A stretch of 64,000 nt of DNA, from NCBI GenBank assembly GCA_973895155.1, contig OZ316891.1, positions 8,557,875 to 8,621,874 of the forward strand, in the 5' to 3' direction. Below are positions 51,041 to 63,916 of this stretch, piece after piece (within the stretch, counting starts at the first letter, position 1; the number at the start of each line of letters is the position of its first letter). Source of the DNA: Marsupella aquatica. Lineage: Eukaryota; Plantae; Marchantiophyta. Under the pieces are notes generated by a model. The model ran no database searches and was not told the origin of the DNA. It saw only the letters and a list, made by a program, of their open reading frames with translations. A program made the translations under genes and the position numbers.

Positions 51041-54000
51041 GAGCACATTGTTTGTTTTTATTGCTTCTGGCATTAAAATTTGAGTAGTATAATGGGAACG
51101 ACCTGAGCATGGATTTAAAATTGATGTAACTTGGAAAAAACACTTGATACAAAAAGAATAGAAAAAATGAGAAATTTATGTTCTCCTCTCAATAGACTTC
51201 AAATTCATTTTCACTCTTCTATAAATAATCTATTTTCAACTCAATACTCTAATCTGCATGGTTCTATTTCTATCATTCCCTTTATGTGTATGGGCAAGCA
51301 TATGTCCAAATATGTAATGTGGGGTCTACTTAGATTTTCTTTTCAAACCAACCTACCCATGATAGCCACATGTCAACTTAACACTCAACCTCAAATGACA
51401 TTGCCACTGAAAACTTTGTATGGATGTTAGTGCATGAGTCCAAGTGTGGGTGGAGGCCCACCTATGCCTCAAGCTAGGATTTACCTGATATTCTCCGTCT
51501 CATGGTTAGTAAAATTTAAGATTTCACTCCAACAGTCATATTGACTTCCCTCCAAAAGTACAGTTTTTAAGCAAGAGAAAAAGGTAAAATTATATATTAT
51601 TGTGTTTAGATAGATTCTTAGGCTGGCTTCAGAGAGAATGCTAGGATGGGCCATTCTCCTAAGTCTTTCAACTATTAGGTATTTACTTTAAGATCTAGAA
51701 TTACAGTCTGTAACCACAATTGGTCTAATCATAGTCATGTATTTGGCTAAGGTTAGAGGTGCAATTACTATATCCACAAGAACTATGTAGCTAATGAATG
51801 AGAACTGAGGCTCATTGTTATAGAACTGGTTGGGAGATAGGAAGAGCTCAGTCTGTGAAAACTTGGTACGGCCAATAGGTTTAAAATTCAGTAAAGCTTT
51901 ATTGTATGTTCCCATGAACAGAGCTTTGATGAGGTGAAACACTTATCTCCTATGTAGACTCTTGTGTTCTATGGATGTTGCATATGAATGTGCATGTTTT
52001 CTTATGAGTGATGATCATGTTACTCAACATGGGCTGGGTTTGGGTTTCACCGGAAAAGCATGTAAAATTGCTATCTAAGTACTTGAAAGGTACATAGGGG
52101 CTTCAATTTTTGGCTTTACAAGAAGCGGGGGCTTTTTCTTGCATTCTATTATTCTGGAATTAGATTTGGGCCTATAATTATAAAGAAAAGGGCTGGAGTT
52201 TGCTTTACAAGAAATTGGGGTCCAATTTAGGTATGACGTCTACCTATCCTACATGGCAAATAGTGGGCCCCAAAAATACTGACAGATAGTGTTTATTTTG
52301 TCTAGAATTTTCAGACATTGGCTCTTTCCTTAAAGGGCTCTTATTGAACTTGTCTGTTTGAGCAAACTGGAGTGCCACTTCTTGCTCGAAAGATAGGCTA
52401 GGCACCAAAAATCTTTTGAAATGAAAATCAATGAATGCAAATCACTTGAACCAAGGACCTAAAGTTTGTAAATGTTGGACACCATTGGAGGTGGTCCATA
52501 AATCTAGGCATTGAGGGTCGATAAATCAGCTCTCAAATGTGCCCACAGCCCACCGTGACTTGAGGGCTCCACGGACAAGTGGGTGCGCCCAGCTAGGGAT
52601 CCACTCCCAACTCGAGTAGAGGGCTGCTCTCACAAAGACCTCCAAGATTTTGGGAGATTTGAGGGCAGGCAGCCCTCTTTGAAGAAAGCCCATAATCACT
52701 TGCACACTGACAATTGATGACAATTTTATAAACCTTTGGCCAAGGATTGCTTTGATCACAAAAGGACTAAATAGATATTCCTTCGTCCTCTGCTCCCCCC
52801 CCCCCCCCTTATCCCACACTATTGCAAAAACTCCTTTACCTGCTCCGTCACCTTTCCTCATGTTATACTTCGTACCATTGGAGCTCTATATTGTCCTCAT
52901 ATATTCTTGAATCTGGCTGTAATATTTATGGATGACCTTTACCCTGGACACACTGGACTCGGTCTTGGCATCCTAGCACGAGTGACTTTACTTGGTTCAA
53001 GCAATAACTAGGACGTTGGGGATTGACAATAATTTGATAAGAATTGACAATTCATGATAAGAATCCCGAACCAACATTATCTCTATATTGTTTACCATTC
53101 TATTCTTGTAATTTGTTTAGTATACTCTAAAGTATGACCATATTATTCCTGCTATTCCAGACTACCCTATACTGGGGTACAGAACCTAGTTTTGGGACCA
53201 CACCCACGACTATTACACTTTGCTTGGTTCAAAGTCAAGAGATATACTTAGTGGACCGACTATTAAACTTTGTTTTGTTTAGTCAAAGACACAAAATATA
53301 CTTAGTGGACCTTCTGGAAAGTCTTGCTCCTAGGATAGACCAAAAATTTCAATCGTCTGTCAGGATTTTGTGTCAGAAGCTCATGATTATAATGTAACTT
53401 TGCAGTTTTATACCACATGAATTTTGTTTGTAGGCTTGTTTGTAGGATCCTCGATCTTCTACTAGGGTCGGGTGTCAAAGTGTATGTCCAAATGTATACA
53501 TTGTGCACATTGTATATACCATGGAATGAGGGATTTGTCAATTCAGGCTGTCTTTGGCCTCAAGTGTCTTTGCAAGACCATGGAGCGATAAGGTTTTAAT
53601 GTTAACTCTGAACACATGTATGTATATTTGGCACATATGCTTTTGTGCTCTACATGGCATGGTTTTATCCTTTTGGGCTGGCTTTGGCGGTGAGCATCTT
53701 TGTACGGTTGGGGAGTGTAAATGTTTTAGCTTACAACCTATAACCCCTGTAAGTAAACTTTTTTGCACCAGAGGAAATCATAGAAGAATCTGCAGTCATT
53801 AACCTGGATTGGCCCAAAGATTTTGAGCACTCCTTCCGTGCGGTCAGCTCATTGGCTTAGCTACCTTTAGCAAGAATAAGAAGCAGCCAGCACAACAAAA
53901 TGTCAATGAAATGAAAAACAGAATAAGAAACACAGCTGCTTCACAATGGGTTTCATAGAGGTCACATTTGAATTTTCAAATTTCCTTTGTACAGCATATA

Positions 54001-54719
54001 CAATGTGCACAATGTATTCAGACACAAAAGTAGGAAGAGAAGGGTGCGATGGTGCTTGCAAGAAATAATGCGGGCATGAACTCCCATAACTACACAGTTA
54101 CCCTCTGCCCCGCCCTCTGCCATATTACTACACAGGACCAAACATTGTTATATGAGGCTACATGGTAAACCCAATTGCGTGGTAGAGCAATTCACAAGAA
54201 CTAGGTTGTACATAGTGGGCCTGGAGGTGCACTGGAAGAGATATATGAAACGTTTTGGTCCACTGGGAGAAAATCTGACACGTTTGGTATTGTGGGAGAG
54301 AAAGTCTCCTGGACTTCTTATAAGTAAACTATATTTCACGTCAAGACGCTAAAAAAGCTAAAAGTCTTGATTAATCATCAGATGGTGGTGAATTTTTAAT
54401 TTTTGAATTGTTTTGTTTTTGGTGGGGGGGGGGGGGGGGCGAGAGTACCTAATTGCACCCCTAAATAAGCAGCAATGCAAGCAAATGTAAGCTTTGAGTG
54501 GAAGGTACCTATCAGCCAATGTCTAAATGAAACAAGAGAAGTGGTGCCAAGGCCAAATTAAGACCAGATTACAACCTGAAGAGGAGACAACACTGTTCAT
54601 GCGCCATGGCCAAAGGCCCACCAAGTAAACAAAGGAGGCTATCAAACAAAGCAAAGCTGCAACTTATTAAAACTGACTACACCAAAAAAATTGGCACCTA
54701 AAACATAAGACTGAACAAC

Positions 54720-55740
54720 TATCTGATAAAATGCGATCAATAAGATCTAGGCCTAGAATGCGATTCTAGATGGGCCCAAACGCCACCAATAAGATCATGG
54801 CCTAGACTTTTGGGGCAAATGTGTGGTTTGGGAACCAACTGGCTTTGGTCAGTTGGCCAGAGGATGAGCCTAGAACTGAGAGGTCCCAGGTTCAATCCTC
54901 CCTCCACACATAAGGGGTGTGGAGGGTATGTGTGTGTGGGTGGGGTGTAGTGGTGGGAGTGTTGATTATCTCCTCAGCCGTGGTTGCCCACTTTGGGTTC
55001 TGGTTTAATCCTCTCTCCCTCCTGGTCTGGGTCCCTGTCGGATCCTTGGGTATTGTCCCCTTGTGGCTACCCTACGTAGAAATGCATGCTCCAAAGCAGG
55101 AAGTCTATCCTCTGTTGGATGGGCCTGCTTTCGGTTTTCAAGGCAAAAATAAATGTATGGTTTGGGTGAGACTGGGAAGGGAAATGATGATAGTCACCAT
55201 CTGTTTATGAGCAAAGCTTGGAAAATTGAGGCTAGTTGTGCAAAACACCGAACACAAAAGGAAACCTCTAGGAGATGACGCCATTGATGATATATTTTCT
55301 CTTTTGGGGGTGGAGGGGTCACCATTATTTGGGTATTGGCATCTATCTGATAAAACCCAATCAATAAGATCTAGGCCTAGATTGCGATTCTAGATGGGCC
55401 CAAACGCCATCAATAAGATCATGGCCTAGACTTTGGGGGCAAATGTATGGTTTGGGTGCGACTGGAAAGGGAAATGATGATAGTCACCATCTGTTTATGA
55501 GCAAAGTTTGGAAATTGAGGCTAGTTGTGCAAAACACCAAGCACAAAAGGAAACATCTAGGAGATGACGCCATTGATGATATATTTTCTCTTTTGGGGGT
55601 GGAGGGATCACCATTATTTGGGTATTGACAAGACATCAAACTCTCAAAAGTTAAAATGGGATGATTGTTTTGGTGGGAGGGATCACCATTATTTGGTGAT
55701 TGACAAGGCATCAAACACTCAAAAGTTTCGATGGGATAAT
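54720..55740 (+). repeat. ~285-bp tandem duplication (copy 1 interrupted by a SINE, copy 2 intact) plus short sub-repeats
   Basis: atctgataaaa...aagatctaggcctag...tcaccattatttgggtattg at 54720-55338 and 55344-55629. Confidence 0.9.
54833..55150 (+). mobile_element. tRNA-derived SINE, full length (~318 bp) with 16-bp TSD
   Basis: A-box-like TGGTCAGTTGG (54846-54856) and B-box GGTTCAATCC (54889-54898) in a tRNA-like GAGGTCCCAGGTTCAATCC context; A-rich end TTCAAGGCAAAAAT; flanking AAATGT(G/A)TGGTTTGGG at 54817-54832 and 55151-55166; the duplicate copy at 55441-55456 carries a single unoccupied site. Confidence 0.88.
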
Positions 55741-57499
55741 CATGACCCGGTATACATAGATAGACAGTGGGAGAATAGCTATATTCCTCAGCCCTTGATG
55801 CAGTACAATAACTGTTTAAAGTTCTCAAAAGGCCCTTTCTTACTAATAAAGTCGCAACGTAAACCTACTTTCAAGGGCTATTTTCTAGAGTGAAGCCTAT
55901 AGACAGAACTCTCAACAAGACAAAACTGAAACGTGAAGGTGGACAAAACTGAAAAGTGAAGGTGAACCAACCAAAAAAAAAGGATGGGATAACAAAATTG
56001 ACACTTTAAACAAGGACAAAACTAACAGTGACTCTCAATAAGACAATATAGAAGTGAGGGAGAAGAAAAAGAGGGATGGAGGCAAAGATGAACACTAACA
56101 TCTTTGTCTTGCAAGATTTTTTGTTTTGTTTTCATCTCTATTTATGTTCAAAGAATTGGTAAGCAGGCTAGTTTTTTTAATAAGCAAAAAGTTGCGTTGG
56201 GATAATCATCACTTTGGGGATGGCAATGAATAAAACGTGCACAAAGTGGACAATAGACATCAGAAATGGTTTAAAATAAAAAAAATAAAAAAAATAAAAA
56301 AATAAAAATACATAGATTTAAGTGGGACCCCACTGCCAATATTCTACATCGCAATGAAATGGACGGCTGTGAAAGCTGGTCAGGCAAGCTTGTTGTCCAC
56401 TGCCATAATATTGGTACTGGATCCTTGTCGTATAGATAAACTTCCTTTGTTAGTATAAAGCGATAATTGCTCAGATTTGGGAGCACTTCGTCTGCTGGCA
56501 GGTGTAAATTGGACAACTTTATCTTTGCTATAATTAGTTTTATTCGCCTCATTACATCAATTTTGTTTGGTTGGGGCTGACTACATGATATGTAACAGGA
56601 GGAATGTTTTGCATAATGTTGATTTTAATATGGGCAAATCATTTCGTTTTTAGGTGGGAGAGGAGGGAAGTTTGTCCATGAAACTGAATAGACCACTCAG
56701 GCAAGCCAAAAGTCATTTTTACATCTTGATTAGAAGCATTCAACGTTTGAGGATATATCTTTCCCAAGCTAGTGATTGAGTACTCTACATGAACAATAAT
56801 TTAGGGTTTAGAGGTTAGGTGTCCACCCAACAAGAGGTGTCATGATGATGTCGCATGTGTGATACCTGAGAAACATGAAGTGTCATGGGGATGTAACATA
56901 TTCAGTAAGGCATACTTTTTAGGTTGAGTTTTATCCATAGCATGTGACAAATATGCACATCAAAATTAACTGAGGAGGGGTCACTTTTTCACCCAACTTT
57001 GCAGGTCTCATATAATAGACCATAGAAACATGAAACAAGAGACCTTTGGTACAACCCACTCATGCATGTGTCATTCCTATTACAAAATTATCCCTAGAAG
57101 CCCCATATTATTTTGTCCTTCATGCGGCCACAAAGAATCACAATCATGATGTTTGAGACCAAAGTACCAAGTGAACTAGGCTTTTGTCAATGTTCTTATT
57201 TTCTAGCATTTTCAAAATTGTTATTTTTGTTAAACAAGAGGGGCTAAAAGACCCATGAATTTTGTAGCATTTGCTTGTTCATCATGATTTGGATTCTATC
57301 CTGCCTTTTGGGGGAACCTTCCTTTCTTATCACACATCAGACGAAGTGGGGACCACTTATTAAGAACAGTCACGAGGATTTAGTGCGAGATACTGAGATC
57401 GGTTGGGTTACTTCATTATTGAGAACTTGGTTCAGAAAACGTACCACATCCAATGGTCTGCTGGGAAACTTAATTAAACTTGGCAATGAAAAGTATGCG

Positions 57500-59050
57500 T
57501 TTTTGAAAAAGGACCATTTCACTAACAAGGACTAATCAACAAAGTACAATAGAGGCCATTTACTCAGGCGCCTAAATTCTTGCCGGATATGGGGCATCTC
57601 TTGTTCATAACTTATGGAGGAAATACGATTTTGCAATCGGTTATTAAATCTCGTACCATCAATGTAAAGGACAGTGAAGATGTGACCCACTCATACATTT
57701 GACCAGCCTTTTGAAGTAGATCACTTGCTCCACAACTCTGTTGACCTCACCAGCAAGAGTAATGATAGCAGACAAGCTTTTGCCTCCAAATAATGAAATC
57801 CAAATGACCATCCCCCCTCACTACAGTTTTCTACAGAAGCTCACCCTCTCGTAAACCCTGACATTGTCTTGTTCATATTGGTCTGATGTCCCCTTAGTGT
57901 AGACAAGCCACCTGACCTGCTCTTGGTCATTTTCAATTGTTAATATTTAAGCTCTAATATATCCTATGAAATTCTCTTCTATGTATAACTGTCTAGCCAC
58001 ATTGAATGTAAAAAGTATGACATATATGGCATAGGACATGTTACATACCATCATAAATCTCATTATTATTTTTAAATAAATGAGTGCACACAGTTTACTA
58101 TCACATTTGATATGTGAGCACCTGCATGGGAATATAAACACCCCTTCTACACTATTAATCTATTTTCTAATCTGGTTTCAAGTTACCCGTTTAAATATAC
58201 TTTTAGAACCCTTTTCCTTTCCACTAAAATGTTCCCATTTTGGATTTGACACAAACAGAAATAAATCTCCCACAATTCAAGCTAACATTGTATCTTTGTG
58301 AGAAGAAATTTGAATCCACAGATTTCAACCCCCAATGCCCAAGTACACCATTTGGTACTCGAGTACAAGTATTGGGGAATTGGGAGAAGTCCAAACACTT
58401 GGACACATTGGGCAATTGAACAGTTGGAAGACAATTCAAGCTTTGGAGAGCCATCAGCCATCTATCTATATTGATGGGAGTCAAGATTCATTTGCAAACT
58501 TCCAAAAGTGTGCAAGTCGAAATTGATGATCTAGAGGGTCCTTGGATTTTCTTAGATCTGCTCTCTGGCCTGACCATAGACTATAGTCTATAGAGAATTA
58601 GAGACCGAGAGTTAGCAAGTCATTAAGAGAACCGGTGAGGACTAATCCACTCGTATGGCAGCATCTGGAAGTAGACCGACCATCAATCAGAAATCTCACC
58701 TATAAAATTCTTCTTACACTACTTTCGAGGGCAGAGGGGCATTTAGAGTTTAGAGAGCTTTGAGTCTGACAATATCGCTCAGGACAACTGAAGCAGCATT
58801 GAAGGAAGTAAATGCTCTCCATCTGCTTAGTCTTCAACTCTTCATAATCTCTTCAGCCTGTTGGCCATCAACAAGATTACAAGATCCACCCAGCCAACTT
58901 TTGACGCCACAGTATTAGGTGTAGAATTAAGGCCAAGTGTTCTCAAAGAGCTTAATACCTGTGCCTTACGCGACTAGCAAGGGCATTGTTAGCACCAGCC
59001 ATGACCATACATGTCATTAGAGTTATTTTCAAGAGGAAATCCCTCACTTT
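57500..59050 (-). mobile_element. Possible decayed LINE reverse-transcriptase fragment
   Basis: Fragmentary minus-strand motifs (RLSRWRA..., MVYLGIG) among many stops; weak evidence. Confidence 0.25.
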
Positions 59051-60630
59051 AAGGCCACTTCAATACTTTGATTTATCATTTGAAAAAACCGGGCTTACAC
59101 ACCGGGCACACACAATCGATCCATACCTAGATTTGACAAAATAGTTGAATCTAAACCAAAAAAGAAATTAACCTATGGTAAATATAAAAAACAGGGTTGG
59201 AATAGCAGGGGCGTGATTACTAGTCGACAATAAATTGAAATGAAAAGTAACATGGCTTTTCGTAAGAGTATAGCACAGGTGGGAGTTTGGGTAGCTTAAG
59301 TTAATGAGAAGGAAGAATTGATCAAAACTGACTTCACATTAAAAAGCTGCTCCCAACCTCACGCCAGCCGGAGAGTGAAGTGAAGAGCTACGTTGACTAT
59401 GGCTCTAACTGCCAACGCACTTTTTTAGTGGCAAAAGTTCACCACATCACACCTCACTGAAAATTCTTCATCACTTTTGACAAAAATCCACTTTGTCTTC
59501 CCACAAGCCATTAGCCAGAATCTGATGGTTACCCTTAAATACATGGACAGCTAATGGTCAAAAATTTATCTAGACCAATTAGATAAAATAAAATTCTAAG
59601 CATTTCTCCTTGGCAAGGTGCCATTTGCCACTCTGGCCAAAAAGAAAGAACCTTAAAAATTAAGCTGCTACCAACTACAACCCAAATGACGTATTGTATA
59701 ATGCAAACAAACATGAATTTTGTTAGCCAGGAGAGTGTTGTTAGCAACACACTATTGTAGTGGTTTTAAATTTCTTTTGCTTTTTGCTGACATTTCTATT
59801 TTTTTGTGTTTTTCTATGATTCCAAATGCCTAGTGATCGCTAGCAAAAAGAGGACTCCCAAAAATGGATGTTATATACCAGGTTGTTGTTAGCGAGTCAG
59901 TTGAATATAGAAAAATTAGGGATCATGTGGGAATTGTTTTTCCTCGTGCGAGTAAATGTTTTAGTGGTTCCTAGCCCGGTTCCACGCAGGCTACAATGAC
60001 CCCAACCCAAATGCTCGACATATTTTTCATTCACCATTACCGTCTTCGTTGAGCAAGAAGAAAGACGTAAGAATGATGGTCTCGGCTCAGATTTCGGGGT
60101 AAAATTAAGAGGTGAACAGTCCTGTCTGAATGATGCCTGCCATACCCATTCCAACAAATTTCCACTTCTATGCTGGCTCAGTGGCTCTGTCCGTTTTTGC
60201 CCAATGGTTTCCTCTATGCTACGGCATTTATGGGGAGGTTCTAATGTTTTGCTGGGCCAGAACTGTAGATTTGTATCGTTTCTCGATCCATGACCTCGAA
60301 GTTCTGTACTTTAGGAGACATGTACAGTCTGTTGATACCTGCAGCACGAATGCAGAATATTGTTTTTGTAGTAGATTGCGGTAGACAAACAAGTGGTGAA
60401 AATTTCTGTCTGCTGGCTATACATATCCATTCCACTGAAATCCACTTCTATGCTGGCTCTGTCCGTTCTTACCCAATGGTTGCTCTATGCTATGGCGTTT
60501 ATCGAGAAGTTCTGACGTTTTGCAGGGACAGTACAGTAGATTTGTATCGTTTCTCGATCCATGACCTCGAAGTTCTGTACTTTAAAAGACATGTACAGTT
60601 GATACCTGCAGCACGAATGCAGAGTATAGT

Positions 60631-60900
60631 ATTTTTGCCTTGAAAGATCTTTTGAATATAGACAGCATACAAAAAGGTGGCCACAAGGGGAACACCGGGG
60701 GTGGACCAGACTCCAGAGGTCAGAAATGTAAACAAAGCTGGTGGGGCCAGTACCATGAAAGAAACCAAGCCTCCCGAGAGTGAAGCCAAACAGAAAATTT
60801 AACCACTGCAAGGAGAAGTATGCGCCCTGTAGTCCTCAGGTTCCACTGCCATTCAGTGGGTCCATGATAGACTTAAGCATCTATGGGTCTTACAATACTA
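60631..60900 (-). mobile_element. Retroposon insertion sharing its 3' tail with the SINE
   Basis: Minus strand contains TCCCCTTGTGGC(C/T)ACC and ends TTTCAAGGCAAAAAT, as the SINE at 54833-55150 does. It interrupts a tandem-array unit; degenerate TSD tg(c/t)aga..t.tagtatt. Confidence 0.6.
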
Positions 60901-61094
60901 TGTAGAATGTAGTATTATCTTAGATTGCGGTAAACAAACAAGAGATGTAAATTTCTGTCTTATGGCTAGATACATATCCAATCCGTTCCTGTGAAACATA
61001 TTTGCTAACTGTTGGTCCAATGGTTTCACTATATGCGTTTACCAAGAAGTTCTGAAATTTTGCTGGGAAAGTATTGTAGATGCGTATCGTTTTC

Positions 61095-61294
61095 TTTTTT
61101 TGTCTTGAACGGAAATGGGGAGGAAATACAATTAGACTCCCCCCATCCCAATGTGACAGTTTTTCTGTAGGGAACCCAGACCAGGGTGAGCCCCAACTGA
61201 TCCGACAGGGACCCGCACCAGGAAGGAGAGAGGATTAAATCAGGGCCACAAAGTGGACGACCAGGGGCCGAGCAGATAATCAGAACTCCAATCC
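61095..61294 (-). mobile_element. 5'-truncated copy of the same SINE family with ~25-bp TSD
   Basis: Reverse complement has TGATTATCT..TC.GCC..TGGT..CCACTTTG...TTTAATCCTCTCTCC.TCCTGGT..GGGTCCCTGTCGGATC, shared with 54960-55045, and ends TTCAAGACAAAAAAAG. Flanked by agtattgtagatgcgtatcgttttc at 61070-61094 and 61295-61319. Confidence 0.88.
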
Positions 61295-63245
61295 AGTATT
61301 GTAGATGCGTATCGTTTTCCCATGACCTTAAAGTTAAGGACTTTAGGAGGGATATATGTACAGTTGATACCTGTAGCACGAATGCAGAATATTGTGTTGA
61401 CTTTGATCGTAGTAGAAGCACGAGGTGAAAAGGTCTTGTCTGATGGCTATACATATCCATTCCAGTGACAGCCTCTTTTGTGTGGGCTTTGCGTCCAATG
61501 GTTTCAATACATCCTAGGGCGTTTGCCAAGAAGTTCTGACGTTGTGCTGAGAAAGTATTATATGCGTAGCGTTTCCCCATGACCTTCAAAAGTATTGTAG
61601 ATGCATAGCGTTTCCCAATGACCTTGAAGTTAACGACTTTGGGAGACATGTAGAGTTTATACCTGTAGCACAAATGCAGAATATAGGACTATTAGATTGC
61701 TGTAGACAAACCAGAGGTGAAATGATATGTCTGGTGGCTATACAAATCCACTCCATTAGCGCTAGTCAAACCATCACTTTACTTAGGATTTCTGGGTAGT
61801 CATGACTGCAATCATTTGAACAAAATTGGGATTTCAATCAAATTTAAGCAGCTAGGTCAACTCAACATCATCAATTTTGAATGTGCGCTGACACATTTTA
61901 TGCAGAGCGACTTTTGATGTGGAAGCCGGCGCACTAACCACCCAAATTGTTAAGTTACATTTTGTGGGGACTGCAGATTGTACTCTGTGACCCGGCCCAC
62001 AACATTTCGGCCAATGAAAACAACTGGTTTGAGACACCCTAATGAAACCCTCTTCTATTTGGGCTTTGCTGCTTGCTTCCCAAGAAAGGACTTAACTAGG
62101 CCCTTCGGACAGTCGGTTGTCACAAGAGCCAGCGTAGAAGTGGTGAAGAGCCAGCGTAGAAGAGCCCAATTCTACACTGGCTCTTCGCAATTTCGGACTT
62201 GACAAGGCCATTCGGACAGTCGGTCGTCACAAATCCAGAAAACACAGTAACCTTGTATGAGTCATCATCGGGTCCTCCGTTACACAGGGTGCCATTTCTT
62301 CACTGAAGGCTCCACAAAATCTATAACATGTCTATTTTTGATAAACTCCAATATTTTATTGGATGATGAAATGAATTCTGCTTGAGGTGAATATTCTTGG
62401 TGTGGTCTAGTAAGTTCAACCTACCTACTGAAAAAAGTTGGGGATTTTCTGGACATCTCCTAACACTCAACCTCATATCCTCAAAAATCTGCATGTGGGA
62501 GTTTTTCTTAAGCCATTTGTTTTGCAAAAGCATAATACTTTTATGGTTCACTTAAAGTCCGATGACTTATTCAAAGAACATCCTAGCTCAGTTTTGGTTT
62601 GAACTTTGCTCTAGGTAGCTAGAGAAAATGCACAATTGTAGATTGCAATTTGTAAAATAGAGATTTTTGCGAAGGTGTCCAAAACATCAGAACATTTTTC
62701 AGTGGGTCGCTTGTAGACGGCTTTTTAAACTCTGGAAGTTTAAAAATGACATGGATTGTAAGGGGGCTGCGAATAGTATCACTCCCGGTCAAAATGTTCA
62801 ATATAAGTAGTGCCGAGAGAGCTGAATCGCAAGAACAATTTGATCTACGAGTCTACGAACAAGGTAAACGCAATGACTGTGCTAGATGTATACTGCGTGC
62901 TCAAATTGTTGTGGAATCAGTCCAAAGATAGGAGCGAATGGATTCATGAACATTTGTTGCATAATCATGCATGCATGATACACACAACGAAAGGCCATTA
63001 TACATGGCCATCTTCGAACTTGTATCAGTTAAGACATGTTTGAAGTTCGAGAGGATCCGATTTGGGATGCGCTGCTTACCTGAAGGTCGAGAAATTGCAA
63101 CTGTTTAGTGCATGGCCAAATAGCGAACGCAGAGCTTTCTCTGGGGAGGAAGTATTAGTGTGGTTGGCATAGGTAACATAGGTATGGAAAGATTACCTAT
63201 GTATAGAGAGTTTAGTTTTGATTGCTTAAGGCATAATGTGAGCAT

Positions 63246-63916
63246 TCATGAACTCATTATCTTGATCAAAAATGCATAATCATATGCTGTCTCTCTCAGG
63301 TGCCGAAAGTGGCCTCCATCTCCAAAATGACCTGTATCCATGCTGGTCTTCAACAGAAAAACTTTTGCAGAAGTCTCTTTTGTGCTTTCTCTGAGTTTTG
63401 CAACCCACTTAGCAGCTTCCCAATATCCAACCCTGCCACCCACCCCATCATGGCCTTATAATGTCAATACTATATTCTTGATAATCCAAAGAAGAAATCC
63501 TTCGCCGAAACGTTTTCCCTTATCATTCAAGCTACTTGGGTTGCACATTCGAGTCGAGTCCTCACAACATGCTAGTAAGGAGTGCTCGACCTGTAGTCGA
63601 TGGTAGACCCACCACAGATTAATACCAAAAATGAGGATTTCAGCGAACGTACTGGGGCTAAGTATGTCAATCTATACCAGAACAGAGGGATCAGGTTGTA
63701 AAACTCTTGCTTATACACATACCGTGTGTCCAAAAAGCCACTCTTGACAAGCATTGCAGGATACGGAGTCCCTGTTTGCACGTTGTCATAGGGAGAGTAG
63801 CTGCAGATGTTGGCAAAAGCTTCGGGGTCATCTGGATCACCCCACTCGTCGTACTCATGCACTGACAATGGTAGATGCTTGTCCAAAAGCGTGTTCTTGA
63901 CATCTAAGAAAGGAAC
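63246..63916 (-). CDS. Oligopeptidase B / protease II (prolyl oligopeptidase family S9A), last two exons; gene continues beyond the window
   Basis: Exons 63916-63723 and 63432-63246: VPFLDV..TLLD..LPL...EYDEWGDP...YSPYDNV...YPAMLV..GFLDTRVGYWEAAKWVAKLR...MDTGHFG, containing the catalytic Asp and His motifs of S9A peptidases. Confidence 0.93.

Larger units (their letters stand above)
60110..61755. repeat. Degenerate tandem array of ~290-bp units (about 4 copies), two units interrupted by retroposon insertions
   Basis: Recurring blocks ccaatggttt, tgtagat..gtatcgttt, catgacct..aagtt, gatacctg.agcacgaatgcaga, tagattgc.gta.acaaac, tggcta.acatatcca at ~60140, ~60435, ~60980 and ~61460. Confidence 0.85.

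Noticed and set aside
50542-51042. 166-aa ORF over the GC-rich island
   Set aside because: Non-ATG start, no domain-like features; long ORFs are expected in GC-rich DNA.
54841-54910. Functional tRNA gene
   Set aside because: A/B boxes are present but acceptor and anticodon stems do not pair; it is the head of a TSD-flanked SINE.
61029-61673. 214-aa minus-strand ORF
   Set aside because: Runs through a SINE insertion and tandem repeat units; frame is not conserved among units.
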